DNA of 61,998 nucleotides, filler included, from Pirum gemmata (GCA_002812295.1; 20 parts of 20 records of this genome joined end to end with filler, not necessarily neighbours in it); one strand, 5' to 3'. Positions 1 through 13,529 are shown, counted from the whole stretch's first letter. The notes: generated by a model from the letters alone, not told the origin. Made by a program: numbers and translations.

Positions 1-79
1 AAAATAAATAAAATAAATAAAATAAATAAATTAAATTAAATTAAATTAAATTAAATCAAATATCAATATATAAAGTAAC

Positions 80-192
80 CAAAGCTAGTCCTTTTCTTTG
101 CATTCTATCTTTAACAATCGGCCCTATTGTCTTAAGATATGCCAGCTGACTGTCGGTGGCTTGTTCTAAATCAAAATACCCATTTCCTATTC
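80..192 (-). CDS. Internal exon of a group II PLP-dependent decarboxylase (GAD/CSAD/GADL1-like), C-terminal region
   Basis: AG acceptor at 194-193 and GT donor at 79-78 on the minus strand. The open frame IGNGYFDLEQATDSQLAYLKTIGPIVKDRMQRKGLAL resembles the 'L.KVAP.IK.RMM..G..M' segment of GAD/CSAD. The rest of the gene is not visible. Confidence 0.55.
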
Positions 193-499
193 CTAAAATT
201 ATAGTTACGGTTTACGTTAAAGGAGGTTTAATGTTAAAGTTGAGCTTAGGCTTACGCTTATGATAAAAGAGTATGAGTAAAGGTTAAGGTTAAGGTTAAA
301 ATTATAAGCACTTATAATAATTGTAAACTCTCTAACTTTTTAATGTGTACCACAACACACCACCAAATTTCACAACTATAAGTAATTATAGGCTTTATAA
401 TATTATTCTAGATAATAAGTTTGCCTTACTATCAATTTTACTATTTCTAAAAATTAAAAGCTTCCAATTATTAATTTTAGTTAACACCTTATCTACTAT

Positions 500-1800
500 A
501 TGATCAATATTAATATTCCATTTCCAGTAATGATTAACCCATGATCCAAATATTTATATTTGGCAACAAAAGGCAGATTATTGTCCGGAAAATTGTTAGT
601 ATATAGCTGAATGAAGACATTTCTAACCTCATCTTTTTGAACACCTATCATAATACCACATTGTTAGTATCTAGAAATTCGGTTAACCCACTTTTTAATT
701 AAACAACACAATAATTTTTAATTTTACTACAAAATTCTTATACGAATTTTGATTATTTTCACAACATTGCTGTTTAATCTTGACATTTAATTTATTTACT
801 GTATATCAATCCGACTCATTGTTTCTAACCAAGGCCCTTTCTTAAAAATTATTTCTTCTACTAGTCAAGCTCTTAACTTTAGAAGAATGTTTACGATGAA
901 AACCAGAACATTTTATCTCAGTTTTTCCAACCACATCATTACATATCTCTTTAAACTCTTAACAACCAATCATTAAAACAAACATTATTCTCATCACGAT
1001 ACATATCATCATTATCCACTTCTGACACCGTATTATCAAAATCATGGAACTGTATCAACCACTCAAAATATACATCATTAATGACAAATTTCGTTTTGTA
1101 ATTTTGTAATGTTAAAAACATGATCTCGGTTTTTACTCTTAAATAATACAATATATACATATCTATTATCACCATATCCCTTCCTCTGAACTTTTTTCGT
1201 TTTTGTTCATATCAATATGCATATTTTCCAACCATATACAAAGTTGACATTCTACTATATATCTACCGACACCCCATAGTACTATAGCACGATTTTCTAT
1301 CTCATCCTTCTCATTCTTGCATTCACCTTTATCATCACCTTCTGAATCATCATCACTTACAACATACTCATCATCATTATCTTTGCTATTTTTAATCTCA
1401 ACGTTTATCATTAAGTCCTCACTTATCATCAACATATTATTAATCAAGTCTCTCCATAAATTCACATCAACCAATCTACAAATTGGACTAATATCATTAG
1501 TCATACATGGACAATTATAAGTGGCACTCCTTCTATTCCCACCAACATTATTTATCTTTTCTTTCTAACACGTTCTTCCAATTAACTGTACTATTCGTAT
1601 CGGATCTAGACAATACTTTACAACATCTATTATATACTTCTCCCACTACCTTTTCTCTCTTCATCTCATCATCTTCTTTCTTAACAACACAGGACATACA
1701 AATCAAAAAAGATACTCTTTTAACTAATTTTAACAAAATACTATTATTACTACCAATGTCAGAGTACCCTACGTACACCAAAATTGATAACAAATTATTA
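500..1800 (-). pseudogene. Heavily degraded coding-like sequence, possibly an LTR-retrotransposon relic
   Basis: Overlapping short minus-strand ORFs (951-1175, 1169-1504, 1548-1793) with many stops and only faint copia-like patches (IIDMYILYYLRVKTEI; CIWLENM). An LTR-like block lies nearby. Confidence 0.25.
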
Positions 1801-2450
1801 AATAATTGTCACACTTTTTTTTTCTTACTTTTAAATTACTTTTCATTTTCATTAATTATTATCTTACTTTTTCTTATTCTTTTACTTTTCTTACACTTAT
1901 AAACCATGTAATCCTCCTAATTCACTAAGCTAAGCTAAGCTCACTTAAATGAACTAAACCCAAACCCACCGGGAGAACAATAGAATTGACCGGTGTATTT
2001 AAACATTACAATAATTAAAATATTGAATGTTGTAACACATTTATATCAACTGGGAAATCTAGTTTCATAGAGAGTATGACAACAACCATACACTCCATCC
2101 ACATATATTTATCAGAATTTACATTGCAATTCTCTACTAAAAATAATAGTGAGAAATATTGCTTAAGAGACAAACGATAATAATCTAACTTCTTATGAGG
2201 TCAGTATAATTAAATTAAGGATTAATGTATGATTTGATCAAATATGAGCTTAAGAGCAATAAAAGAGGTACAATCCTTTATTACTACAAAGGTTCCTCAG
2301 GATGTATAACCCCAAACAAAGTTGGGCTTTAAGTATACCATCACAATATAAGGATCTCATAGTATACCAACCTACATTTCCTACTTATATCGTTATTCAT
2401 TGTATGTATATAGTTATATTGGATGTGTGGTACTTGTGGCTTAGTACAAG

Positions 2451-2673
2451 TTGATTAGTGATTGGTCGATGTGTGTAAGTAGGACTTCCTCTTACTAATA
2501 TAAATGTATACGCTTATATGTGCTAGTGTATGTTTAAGTCAATAAACAGTCTCTTTGGGACTCTTTGCATAAGATTTGATTAGTGATTGGTCGATGTGTG
2601 TAAGAAGGACATCCTATTACTACTATAAATGTATACGCTTATGTGTGCTAGTGTATGTTTAAGCCAATAAACA
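2451..2673 (+). repeat. Tandem duplication of a ~98-bp LTR-like promoter/polyA module
   Basis: 2451-2548 and 2576-2673 are near-identical. Each carries ATTGG (CCAAT box), TATAAAT and AATAAA in LTR order. Confidence 0.65.
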
Positions 2674-2840
2674 TCTGGAGTAAGAATTTTCATATTCTCA
2701 AATTGAGAATCAGAGTGTACAGCATAGTCATACTCAAGATATTAAGTATATTTAAGTCATACACACGAGAAAGTCATACTCAAAACTAAACAGTTTTATG
2801 CCATATTTAGTAATAATACTAATAGTAATAATAATAATAA

Positions 2841-2940
2841 NNNNNNNNNNNNNNNNNNNNNNNNNNNNNNNNNNNNNNNNNNNNTTAATTAATTAANNNN
2901 NNNNNNNNNNNNNNNNNNNNNNNNNNNNNNNNNNNNNNNN
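2841..2940. other. Artificial contig-joining spacer (first of 19)
   Basis: N44-TTAATTAATTAA-N44 (stops in all six frames). Same spacer starts at 5831, 8821, 11781, 14772, 17739, 20729, 23718, 26709, 29657, 32647, 35615, 38602, 43056, 46024, 50143, 53099, 56065 and 59014. Confidence 0.98.
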
Positions 2941-3135
2941 AAAAAAAAAACAGAAAAATTTATTATATCTATTATATTTATTATTTTTATTATAATTATT
3001 TATTTATTTGTTTGTTTATTAAGTTTTATTGTATTCATTTATTTGTTTTAATTATTTTATTTTATTTTACATTATATTATTTTATTTTAATTTATTTTAT
3101 TTTATTTTATTTTATTTTATTTATTTTATATAATT

Positions 3136-5299
3136 ATGCCTTCTACAATTCAGAAGTTGCTGGTGGTAGGATTTACATTCTTCGCCGGTGCTGTTTCAAA
3201 CCAAAATGCTTCAAGCCGTTTAATATCTTGTTCACAAAAAGATGGTGTATTCCGTATGGAAATTGAAAAGGGAACTTTAAAAGTACTCGAAACTTTTAAG
3301 AATTTTAAACAAGTGTCAATCTTTGGAGCGGCGCGACAAGGTAAATCTACGTTGATGAGTATGCTAGCGGATTCTCGACCTGGGAGTTTTATGACTGATC
3401 CTTCCGAAACAATTTCACATACCATGGGCAGTCACATGACTAATAAATTGCGCGATACGGCCAGCGGCAACAAGATCATGTTTGTTGACACTGAAGGCCA
3501 AGACTTCAGAGGTAAATAAAAATTATCATAATGTTATATCAATATTGACCTGACCTTTTAATTGAAATGACTTTTTAATTTTTTTACAGTTTTGAGTTTT
3601 AAGATTGTTTTTAAGGTTAGAATGCAATCTCTATTTTTTTTATAGCTATTTTTTTACTTATAAAACATTTATATATGAAATTAAGAAATTAACTATTTTT
3701 CTTACTTTTAAAACATTTAGACCAAAAATACGATTATAAATTGCTTATGCCTACCATTATGATGTCCAACGTGCTACTCTTGAATTTTTGTTTCTACAAC
3801 CCTGCAATTGTACAAGAGAAATTGTCTAGTCTTGCTTACCAAATAAAAGAGCACCTGCTGAAACCAGATGAAACCTTTGGTCATTTACATCTAGTTTTTC
3901 AACAAATGGATGCCGACAGTGTAATTGATAGAGATGTTATTAAATTACCGGAATTCGAGACTTGGTTCAAATCTATAACAATTTGGTATTTACCTAACGA
4001 AAGAGAGAGGATTGAACATAAGGAAGTAAAAATATTTGAACTTCCAGAAGAGTTCTCTCAATTATATAGAGACACAATTGAAAAGATGCGTGGTGTTATT
4101 AACTCGCAGATTGACAACGAAAAAGATAGTGAATTTTACAGAAATGAAACCACATTTTATACTGATGGAAACGACTATCTGAGGATTCTAAATCCTGTAG
4201 TTCAAGGGTAAAAATCAATATATTATAATGAATTAAGAACAAAGATGTTATTTTTATTTTTATTATTATTATTATTAACAATAACTATCATTATTATTAT
4301 TGTTATTGTTGTTGTTGATATTGATGTTGCTGTTGTTGTTGCTGTTGAATATGATATTATATATTATAATGAATTAATAATCACAGATGTTAATTTTTTT
4401 AATGCTGTTATTTGTTGTTATTGTTTTTATTTTTGTGTTTTTGGCATTATTGATATTGGGGGTGTTTGGACTGCTGGTTAGTGTGTTGGTTATATTGTCG
4501 CTTAAAATTAATGTGTCAACTAATATTCTGTTTTTTTAGCATCAATGAAGGAAAAATAGACATCAAAATCAGTGACATAAGAGAGACTGTTGAAAATGAG
4601 TTTTTTGATTCATTAATGAAAAAAGCTATTGCGAAAATAAAAAAACTTTTTAAGGAAGCATCTGTATCATATCAAGGAGGTAATGTATATTTCGTAATAC
4701 AAAAGCTATGTACTTATATAACAAGAAGAATTCTCTAGTTTGATAATGCTATTTTCACTTAATTATTAAAGGTTTTAATTCTATTTTCTTATATATATTA
4801 TATAGATTATCCTGAATTAAAGATCAAATATACATCAAATCAACCTACCAAAATGAAAGAAGATGTTAACGTTATTTTAGAGCATATAACAAACTCCGTT
4901 GTACCCAGATTAAAAGTTGAATTGATAAAAATCAGAGAGCAGACTCTAAGAAATTGCCTAGAATATTTGGAAGCAACCCCATACATAGTTAAAAAAGAAG
5001 AGAAGATAAGCAAAATGAATTCCGAAGTTGATTTGGAACAAAGCCGCTGTTTTGAGAATTTTAATATCCGGGTAGAAGCGCTTACCTTATTAAGGAACAT
5101 ATTTGAAAAACAAGAGGAAGCTGAACAATTGAATATTGATGGTAAAAAATATTACAATGATAATAAAGCGAATTTAGAAGATATGTTAAAGCAAATGGGT
5201 TCTCTGATGGAACATAGTCGGCAAAGGAATGATGATTTTAGAGTGGGAATGAATAAGATGTATGCTCAGGCTAGATTAGCTGCTCGAAGAGGCAAATAA
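3136..5299 (+). CDS. Guanylate-binding protein/atlastin-like large GTPase, 4 exons, ~498 aa
   Basis: Exons 3136-3511, 3721-4207, 4540-4679 and 4806-5299 join in frame through GT-AG introns (1497 nt). P-loop GAARQGKS, G2-like SHTMG, G3 DTEG, then DYKLL..IMMSNVLLLN, with a helical/coiled-coil C-terminus and hydrophobic N-terminus. Confidence 0.88.
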
Positions 5300-6166
5300 A
5301 TAAATAAATAGATAGTTATTGAATTATTTATTTATCTAACTAAATATATAAATAAATACAAAAAAGGGTAAATAATAAATTTAAAAAATACTAGTTTATA
5401 AGGAGGAAGGGTACGGATGTCGTCCACTAGGTGATTCTTTGATGGTTCGAGTTAGTACAGTTGGTGTCTTTCATGACAGTTGGTGTCTTTCATGATAGTT
5501 TATTTTGCGTCTATTCATGATAGTCTAACTTAAGCTGATTGGTTGAACAAAAAAAGAAGCTAGCTAGCTAGCCAGGGAGCTACTAATTCTTTTCTATCAC
5601 TTGATAGTCTATAATAATATTATACAACTTGGTTAGTAGTACGACTAGTTACTTACAAGTTACGATATTATCATAATAAATAATAATATATCAATATTGT
5701 ATGTAACCTTTATTATATATATTGTATTGCTTATATATTTATACAATAGTTATTTCAAGTCCTTGGTTATAAAAACTCGAAATACTTTTTTAATTAAATT
5801 TAGTTTTATCTTTATATATTATTATTATTANNNNNNNNNNNNNNNNNNNNNNNNNNNNNNNNNNNNNNNNNNNNTTAATTAATTAANNNNNNNNNNNNNN
5901 NNNNNNNNNNNNNNNNNNNNNNNNNNNNNNATTACTGCCAACCAGAACCAGCTTCTGGAAACGACAAAAGCCTCGACGAGAATGAGTATCAATCGATACT
6001 TGTTAGAGTTGAAGGAAAAGCATTGATCAGTTGATCAATGTTGGTCAAATCAGCTTCAATGATGCATTGAGCGTCGTCATAACACTTGTTAAGTTCAAAG
6101 TGTTCTAGTAATACTGCTTTATGTTGGCAATCTTGGCTACAATGCCGTTCCAAATACTTTTTAGCA

Positions 6167-6324
6167 TAGTACATTAGCAAACATTTGTCTGCCAAAGTTT
6201 TAACCCCTTTATTTTCTTTTTGATGGGGGTAGTCATCTGCGATGACTACCCCCATCAAAAAGAAAATAAAAATAATTTCCGGAGGGGTTAAAACTTTGGC
6301 AGACAAATGTCTACTAATGTACTG
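6167..6324. mobile_element. Palindromic MITE, Tc1/mariner/pogo-like ends
   Basis: Almost the whole element is an inverted repeat (AGTACATTAG..ACATTTGTCTGCCAAAGTTTTAACCCCT..GATGGGGGTAGTCATC and its complement) around a 3-nt loop. The right end is ...GTACTG followed by TA. It interrupts a gag-like relic. Confidence 0.8.
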
Positions 6325-6525
6325 TACTGTACGCTGGTCGGCACGGGCAGAGTTCTGCCAAATTAGTCAGAGAACTAGTGGAGCTATACAATATGTATAC
6401 AGTAATCGTTAATGAAGATTACTTAATGAATGAAATCGGTTGCAGGGCGCAAAGAACGCTTAGAATGTGACATAGAGTTGTTGATCACAGTTTTCAACAC
6501 TATTGTTAGTAACCACACCTAGACT

Positions 6526-6927
6526 ATGATGGTCGACGAAATGGCTAGGTTGTTGAACCCAGGCTATGGTGATGGGATAGAAAACCTATCTGACAAAACC
6601 TCATTCATCTTACAAAAGATGAAATATCTGGCCAGTAGTGATGACGAGCTACATAAAGCTTCTTCAAGCAAAGGAGCGAAAAGATCGACTTTAGATCGAA
6701 AGGAAACTGATGAGTCGGATTCTTCTACTTCTTCAAAAGGTAAAAAGGCCAAAAAGAAAGCTTCAGAAAGACAGGCAGAAGGGACATTGAAAAAACCATG
6801 TTCCGAATGCGGCAAGAAAGCGGAAGACCGTTACCACAAAAAGTGGGACTGTAAGCGTCAAACTGATGCCGAATTTCGCCGTTCTTCTATCTGGAATGAT
6901 AGAAAGAATGGAAATAATAATAAATGA
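6526..6927 (+). pseudogene. Retrotransposon gag-like C-terminal fragment with zinc knuckle
   Basis: 133-aa ORF with a basic/Ser-rich linker and CSECGKKAEDRYHKKWDC (CX2CX8HX4C). Upstream sequence is coding-like but disrupted. Confidence 0.5.
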
Positions 6928-7126
6928 AGACTAACTCATACCGAGTTAAAGAAATAATTAAAATAAAAATTATAACATAATTAGATAAATAATAATAGAT
7001 TTTACAAAGACTAAATTTTATTTATTTCTAATTTACTATTCAGTATTTATACAAAAATGAATCACGTTAGTGAAACTATCAAACCTAAACACTAAATAAT
7101 AAAATAAATAGACAAAATATATATTA

Positions 7127-7418
7127 TATTAGGTGTGCTGTGATAAAAACACATCAGGTAAATCTTAGCAAAATTGCCATGTCTATATAATTTATGGCAG
7201 CATCAGGATCAACATCTGCTAATCACCTTGTTCTATTTAATTAATTAGGAGAAACAGATACTGTCACCAAATCACTATATCGTATTAGACAAATCCACAG
7301 ATCCAAACTAGACTAGCTACTTCCGACATCACCAATCATAGATCAAAGTAAAAATCAATAGCCAGCCTTTGGTTGATTTGATTGTTATTATAATTATCAA
7401 AATCTAACATCCCCCCCT
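7127..7418 (-). mobile_element. Putative 3' LTR with adjacent polypurine tract
   Basis: Minus strand reads AGGGGGGGA directly followed by TGTTAG at 7409. A candidate other end, CTAATA (degenerate CTAACA), lies at 7127. Confidence 0.45.
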
Positions 7419-7660
7419 AATTATGATAACAATCGCTTAGTATGACTACTTGATATCATAGAAACGTTTACTAAAATATAAAAGCTTTTTACTACCTAAA
7501 TACATAGTGAGTGTCTGCACATTTTTCTTCACTTTTAACATAAACTATAGTAAATCTTTTATCTTTGAGTTCTGCTTTGATAATATAAATATAATTAATA
7601 TTTTAATTTTAATTAATTAACAATGTTAATTATTATTATTGGACTTTACAATTATTACTT

Positions 7661-7990
7661 AACTAGAAAGACTTATGGCCTAGTGTAATATTATTGATCA
7701 AGTTAATTATTGCCTGACTATTTATATCATCTTTACTAGAACGACTTATGGTCTAGCGCATTCATTATTAGTTAAGTTAGTTAAGTTAATTATTGCCTAA
7801 CTATTTATTGGTCAAGTTAGTTAATGCCTGACTATCTATATCATCTTTACTAGAACGACTTATGGTCTAGTGTATTATTATTTATATTAACTTTACTAGA
7901 ACGACTTATGGTCTAGCATATCATTATTGGTTAAGGTAATTATTGCCTAACTATTTATATCATCTTTACTAGTACAACTTATGGCCTGGT
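7661..7990. repeat. Irregular tandem repeat with core TTTACTAGAACGACTTATGGTCTAG (5 copies)
   Basis: Copies near 7661, 7732, 7846, 7893 and 7964, separated by mutually related AT-rich blocks. Confidence 0.8.
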
Positions 7991-8349
7991 AGTGTATTAT
8001 TATTGGTTTTAATTAAGTTAATTATTAATTATTAATTATTAATTCTTAATTCTTAATTCCTAATTCTTAAATCTTATAATTCTTAAATCTTATAATTCTT
8101 AAATCTTATAATTCTTAAATCTTATAATTCTTAATTAAATAAAGTTTTAAAATCCCAAATAAAAAATAAACAACAAGTTAAAAGTTTTTTTTTTTACATG
8201 TTTATCGCTCCGGATACCAAGCAAACAATGAGCAACTCAAACAGCATGAAAAGACATAACGCTGATGATAATGGAAAGAGTAACAAAAAAACAAAAACCG
8301 AAGAGTACAACGGTGTAAAAATTGATAAACACTTACTACCAGCGGAAAA

Positions 8350-8670
8350 TAACAAGATTTATGGCGAGGTAGACTTATCTGAAGACCGACTAGGCGTAGC
8401 ACAAGTGGGTATGTCTTCTTGATATTTGGTGTTTCGTTCATTTGGTTTTGTAGAAGACAAAAAGCTGTGGCCTTAAGCCCAATGGAAGCTGAGATTATGG
8501 CAATTTGCGATGCTATGAAAGAAATAATTTGGGTTCGAAATCTTATGGGTAAAATTTTCAAATGTGAAATTAACAGTCTTACATTGTGACAAGTGCCATA
8601 GCTACGTATTTAAACCCAGTCAATCATGAGCGGTCCAAGCACATTGACATTCGCAACTTTAAGATCAGAG
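8350..8670 (+). pseudogene. Ty1/copia RNase H domain relic
   Basis: Across frameshifts it reads KIYGEVDLSED / TRRSTSGYVFLIFG..FIWFCRRQKAVALSPMEAEIMAICDAMKEIIWVRNL / SAIATYLNPVNHERSKHIDIRNFKIRE, the canonical copia RNase H motifs. Confidence 0.9.
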
Positions 8671-8920
8671 AAGCTCCGGATGAAAAAATAGGAGAAATAG
8701 AAACTTCACGTAATAAAATAGAAAATACAGAAAAGAAATTTAACGAAAGAATAGAAAATTTAGAAACTACATTCAAAGAACAAATGGATATAATGTTATC
8801 TAAATATGAAAGGTTTATTANNNNNNNNNNNNNNNNNNNNNNNNNNNNNNNNNNNNNNNNNNNNTTAATTAATTAANNNNNNNNNNNNNNNNNNNNNNNN
8901 NNNNNNNNNNNNNNNNNNNN

Positions 8921-8962
8921 GGGTTAGGGTTAGGGTTAGGGTTAGGGTTTGGGTTAGGGTTA
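8921..8962 (+). repeat. (TTAGGG)n tract at contig edge
   Basis: About 7 GGGTTA units, directly visible. Confidence 0.9.
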
Positions 8963-10781
8963 AGAATTATTCACACATTATCATGTTTCTTAAATTTTGT
9001 ATAACCAGCCCGATATCTTGCCCCTTGTAAAAAGAAAAGTAATTTTTGATGGGTATGCTGTAGCTACAGAATTAGAGTATGAACCTTTTGGAATCAATGT
9101 TACATTAGCTAATGTGCACTTACAAGTAAAACTACATTATATATATATTAATATATATTAATATATATATCTGACAAGCTAGTTCTACTTCTTATGACCC
9201 AAGTACCTCCTCTAATTGAACATCGAGATTTTAGTTTATCTGTTGAAATCCAAATATAAGTTTGAGGATTTTTTATCGAAACATAATCTTTCTCATCTTG
9301 TCCTTTTCTAACCTCATTAGCACATGCACTAGCATTTAATTAAAGGTGGTGATTTTCTTTTTGAATTTTTTCGCAATGTTGAAATATCACAATGTATATA
9401 AGTTATATACATGTATTACTTCTCATTTTGTCCTCTGTCTTGGGTTCTAAATATCAGCGCTCCGTTATTCTTTTGCCTAACTGCCTAATTCTAATACCAG
9501 AGTTGCGCCATTACTTTGATTTTTTTATTGTAATTTGAACTCACTACCCATCCCATTTTATTTGGAAATATCTTTTTTTTTTTTTTTTGTAATTATTTAT
9601 TCATAATAAAAATAGCCTTCTACAGGAATTGAAAGTGCTAAAACACGATTTACACAAATAAAGAATATCAAAAATAGCCAAAAAGGAAATGCTGAGGAAG
9701 ATGAGAACAAAGCGTGTGGAGCCAAATTTAAACAAGGTGATATTCCTTTGGTAATTTTTGGCAACACTAACATAAGGAAAAAGGAGATGAGAATAATTCA
9801 AAGCGTTTTAGGATTGAACAATAAAAGAATGGCTTATACTTGGGATACAAGAAAAAATAAATTCCAAGGTGAATATAGATTGCAATTTCGCTGTTGGTTT
9901 TCTAATTATTTGTATAATACAGGAACAAAAGTTATTGTTGAAAATACCAAAGTTCACAATCAGCCTGTTAATTTAGAAAATACAAGTTTTTTTCTTTCTA
10001 ACCATTTTGCCTTTGAAGGTGATGTAAGACTTAATTAATAAAAATAAAACTAAATAAATGTAGTTTTATCAAAAATTCTACTTGATTTATAAGAAAATAG
10101 ATGGAAAATAAAAGGAAAATCCTTAGGGTTAGGGTTACAAAAAAAAAAAAGAGAGAGAGAGAGAAAGAAAGAAAGAAAGAAAAAAGACAAGGATAATAGC
10201 AAATAATAACAAATAACAAATAATAAATTATATCTAATATTAATTTATAGAATAAATAATAGCAATAATAATATTAACATATTAATTTGGTTATTATTAA
10301 TTATTATAATGATAAATAATAAATAATAGAAATATTTAATTAATTAACAAAAAAAAATACTAGCGAAATTATAACAAAACAACCGTTACATCATGAGGAA
10401 CGTGTGTAGTGCTCATAATTACATAATATGAAAATTAAAAATAAAAAAAAACTGGAACAATCACCACCAACAAGTATGCTATTATATGGAACTGATCCAA
10501 TGGAAAAAAATGAAGAAAAAAATATTGAAAACTCTCACAAAGATTTAAAATAATTTTCAGAAATTAGAATCGAAAATACTAAACGCTACTGAGGCAACTA
10601 AGAAACCCAATTCCCTCATTAAAATACCATAATCATTACCCTAACCATGAAGAAAGGAATAAAATTTCAAAAAACCCAACATTAATCAGGTTTAATAATG
10701 ATAATAATAATAACCCTTATAGTAATAATGATATTAATAATGATAATAATAATAATGATAATAATAATGATAATAATAATG

Positions 10782-10814
<33 letters not shown>

Positions 10815-12204
10815 TTAATGATAATCATAATCATAATCATAAATAATGATAATGATAGTAATAGTAAAATTAATAAGCTTATGGAAACGAAAAATTTTAA
10901 TGTAAATGTTTTCAAGAAATACTCATGAATATCTTTTATATGAAACTGAGCCAATATAATTATGTTTTTAGTTTTTAAATATTGATTTTAGTAATTATTG
11001 TTATAATCAATTTGTCAAAGTACTTTGTCAATAAATTTCGAATTTGTTGTATGATGATGGTTCTTTAATGCATAATACGTGATAAAAAATAAAAATTTTC
11101 TCCGGATAAAAAATAATTTTTTTTTATTATTTGTTTTATGAACGGAGATGTTATATATTTTAAAATAAATATATATCGATTATTGTTATGGAAATCAATT
11201 AATGATAAGATTTACTTTATATGATACATTAGTTAATAAATAATAAGACATGGTTCTATATTATTTATTAATATAGGCAATTATATGGAAATTTAATTAA
11301 AATTTTGTTGATTTAAAATTCTTTAATTAATTAATAAATAATAAGATTTGGTTTTATATTATTTATTAATATTGGCAGTTATATGGAATTTGTTGATGTA
11401 AAATTCATTAATTAATATTACTTGTTAATTAAAATATAGATAGTTATATGTAATTTTAATTAAATTTTGTTGATTTAAAATTCATTAATCAATAAATAAT
11501 ATGATTTGGTTTTATAATATTTATTAATATTGATATGAGAATAGATTTTTAGTTTGTTAATTTAGAAACGAATTCATGTTTTATAATTAAAGTTTTTATT
11601 TATAAAAATGGGAAATCATTTATTTATTTTATTTGTTTTTGTTCTTAAGTTTTCAATCGTATACCGTCGTGGTAAGCAGTAATACTCGTTTCATTCCATT
11701 CAAATACCATAAGTATGCCAATCCGACGCAATGTCGTCTCGATTTTTATTACTAGTCTACCTAGAATCCATATGATTTTTNNNNNNNNNNNNNNNNNNNN
11801 NNNNNNNNNNNNNNNNNNNNNNNNTTAATTAATTAANNNNNNNNNNNNNNNNNNNNNNNNNNNNNNNNNNNNNNNNNNNNATAATAATAATAATAATAAT
11901 TTTAATAATAATAAAAATATTAATAATAATAACAATATTAATATTAATAATAATAATTTTTTTTATGGAAAAAGAATAAGAGGAAAAAAATTTAATAATA
12001 TTTTTCTTGAAGGCCTGGGCAGGTAGTAGCTAGCTAGACTACCAACTGCTTTGCCCTACCTCTAGCTAGCTCTAGCTAGCTAACCCCAAAATTCCTAACC
12101 CCAAAATTCCCTATCCTACCAGCAGCTACCAGTAGTCTACCAGCCAACTATCCTATCCTCCAAATCCTACCCCCCACCTAATGTCGGTTCGGTTTTTTTA
12201 CTTT

Positions 12205-12283
12205 CAGCATTATCCCACCGACCCGACCGACCAACCCCCCCCACCCCCCCACCCGACCCGACCGAGGTCGGCGGGGAAAGCTG
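12205..12283. mobile_element. Small GC-rich MITE-like element
   Basis: Imperfect terminal inverted repeats CAGCATTATCCCACCGACC / GGTCGGCGGGGAAAGCTG with internal CCGAC repeats. Confidence 0.5.
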
Positions 12284-13286
12284 TATCCAGTTTTTTCTAG
12301 CTGGCATAGTTTTTCTAAAGTATCATATCATAAATTCATAATATCGATATTAATAGTACGTCGTAAAGTGTCATAGACTAGCTACTATCGTACTTTTTAA
12401 TAGGCAAAACTACTATGATACTAACTAATCATACTACTATCATACTACCATACTAGCTCTGGCTAGTAGCTCTGCTACCTAACGGCTGGCAGCAGAGCTA
12501 TCATAATTTTAAAAACAGATATATGTATAATATAATAATCACAATACAGTGTCAATATTGTTCCAAAGAATTTCTATCAGAAGTTAAATTAAAAGATTTT
12601 GAACACGGGCAAACTTGCAAAACTAGACTAGTAGAGGACTAGCTCTATTGCATCAAAAAAATATTAAGTATACGTACACATCTCAACGTTAACATAGACG
12701 ACAACTCCAACAATATATTATAATATATTAATATATAATAACGACTATAACGCCATATAATATTAGAAACAAACCAATATTAAAAATTTTCTACAACAAA
12801 AGAACAATGCAATTTCTAATCATAGACTATATATTATGGTATTATTATGAAAAGTACAACAAGTTAAAACCAAACGACAATCAAATCATTAACTTATATC
12901 AGATACCAAAGTATTATGAAACAAGTCAACAAATTATACTATAATTATAATAACTATATATCATTATTATATTGGATATATGATATTATAATAATATTTT
13001 ATACTATAAGTGTAGAAATCATTTTTGCGGATGTCGTCATTTTTATCCGGCTTGTACGAAACGTCAAGGGGTGGGTAGATAGGTGGTATTTGATCGGAGA
13101 TAGTTCCAGAGATTAACGTCGAGGGGTAGGTAGGTAGGGGTATTTGAACCCCCGTATACCTGTTAGACAAATTGAAGGAATATTTTTATAATGTCTAATA
13201 ATGGAAATTTAATTTTGAAAATTTGGGTTATACTTCCAAATATGAATATATTAAAATTTTAAAATCACCATTATCAGAGTATTATT

Positions 13287-13529
13287 AGTAGGGGTGACTC
13301 CCGGGTGAGATATCTACTGGAACTTTTTTCGAACAGATGCTTATCGAGCCAACCTTAGTTCCGTGTTTCTTACTAATAATAACAGTTAAATAGATTAAAA
13401 TAGTAAATCTAATTATAGTAGATACCAATTAAAGTAATAATACTANTTAACAGTAATAAAAGCCATAAAAATCGGAAAAGTTTCGGCAGCTGTTCGGTAA
13501 TAATAAAATGACGTCATCTCACCCCTACT
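13287..13529. mobile_element. MITE with AGGGGTGA terminal inverted repeats; related copy at ~17188-17371
   Basis: AGTAGGGGTGA...TCACCCCTACT ends. Both copies end in AAAATGACGTCATCTCA(C/T)CCCT. Confidence 0.55.

Noticed and set aside
2885..2896. TTAATTAATTAA motif recurring about every 3 kb
   Set aside because: Always centred in a 100-nt N spacer; it is an artificial all-frame-stop linker, not a biological repeat.
5989..6306. 105-aa minus-strand ORF
   Set aside because: About half is the palindromic MITE; no recognisable protein motif.
7661..7990. CRISPR-like 25-bp semi-palindromic repeats with spacers
   Set aside because: Spacers vary widely in length and are copies of each other; eukaryotic context and no cas genes.
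8990..10038. Coding-like stretches (YNQPDILP...NVTLANVHLQ; 9748-10038 ORF)
   Set aside because: Fragmentary, with stops and no confident family or splice model.
10682..10954. Poly-Ile/Met ORFs (also 22669-23119, 36635-36979, 39238-39502, 48770-49138, 56422-56716, 58167-58461)
   Set aside because: Translations of tri- and hexanucleotide microsatellites with no coding signal.
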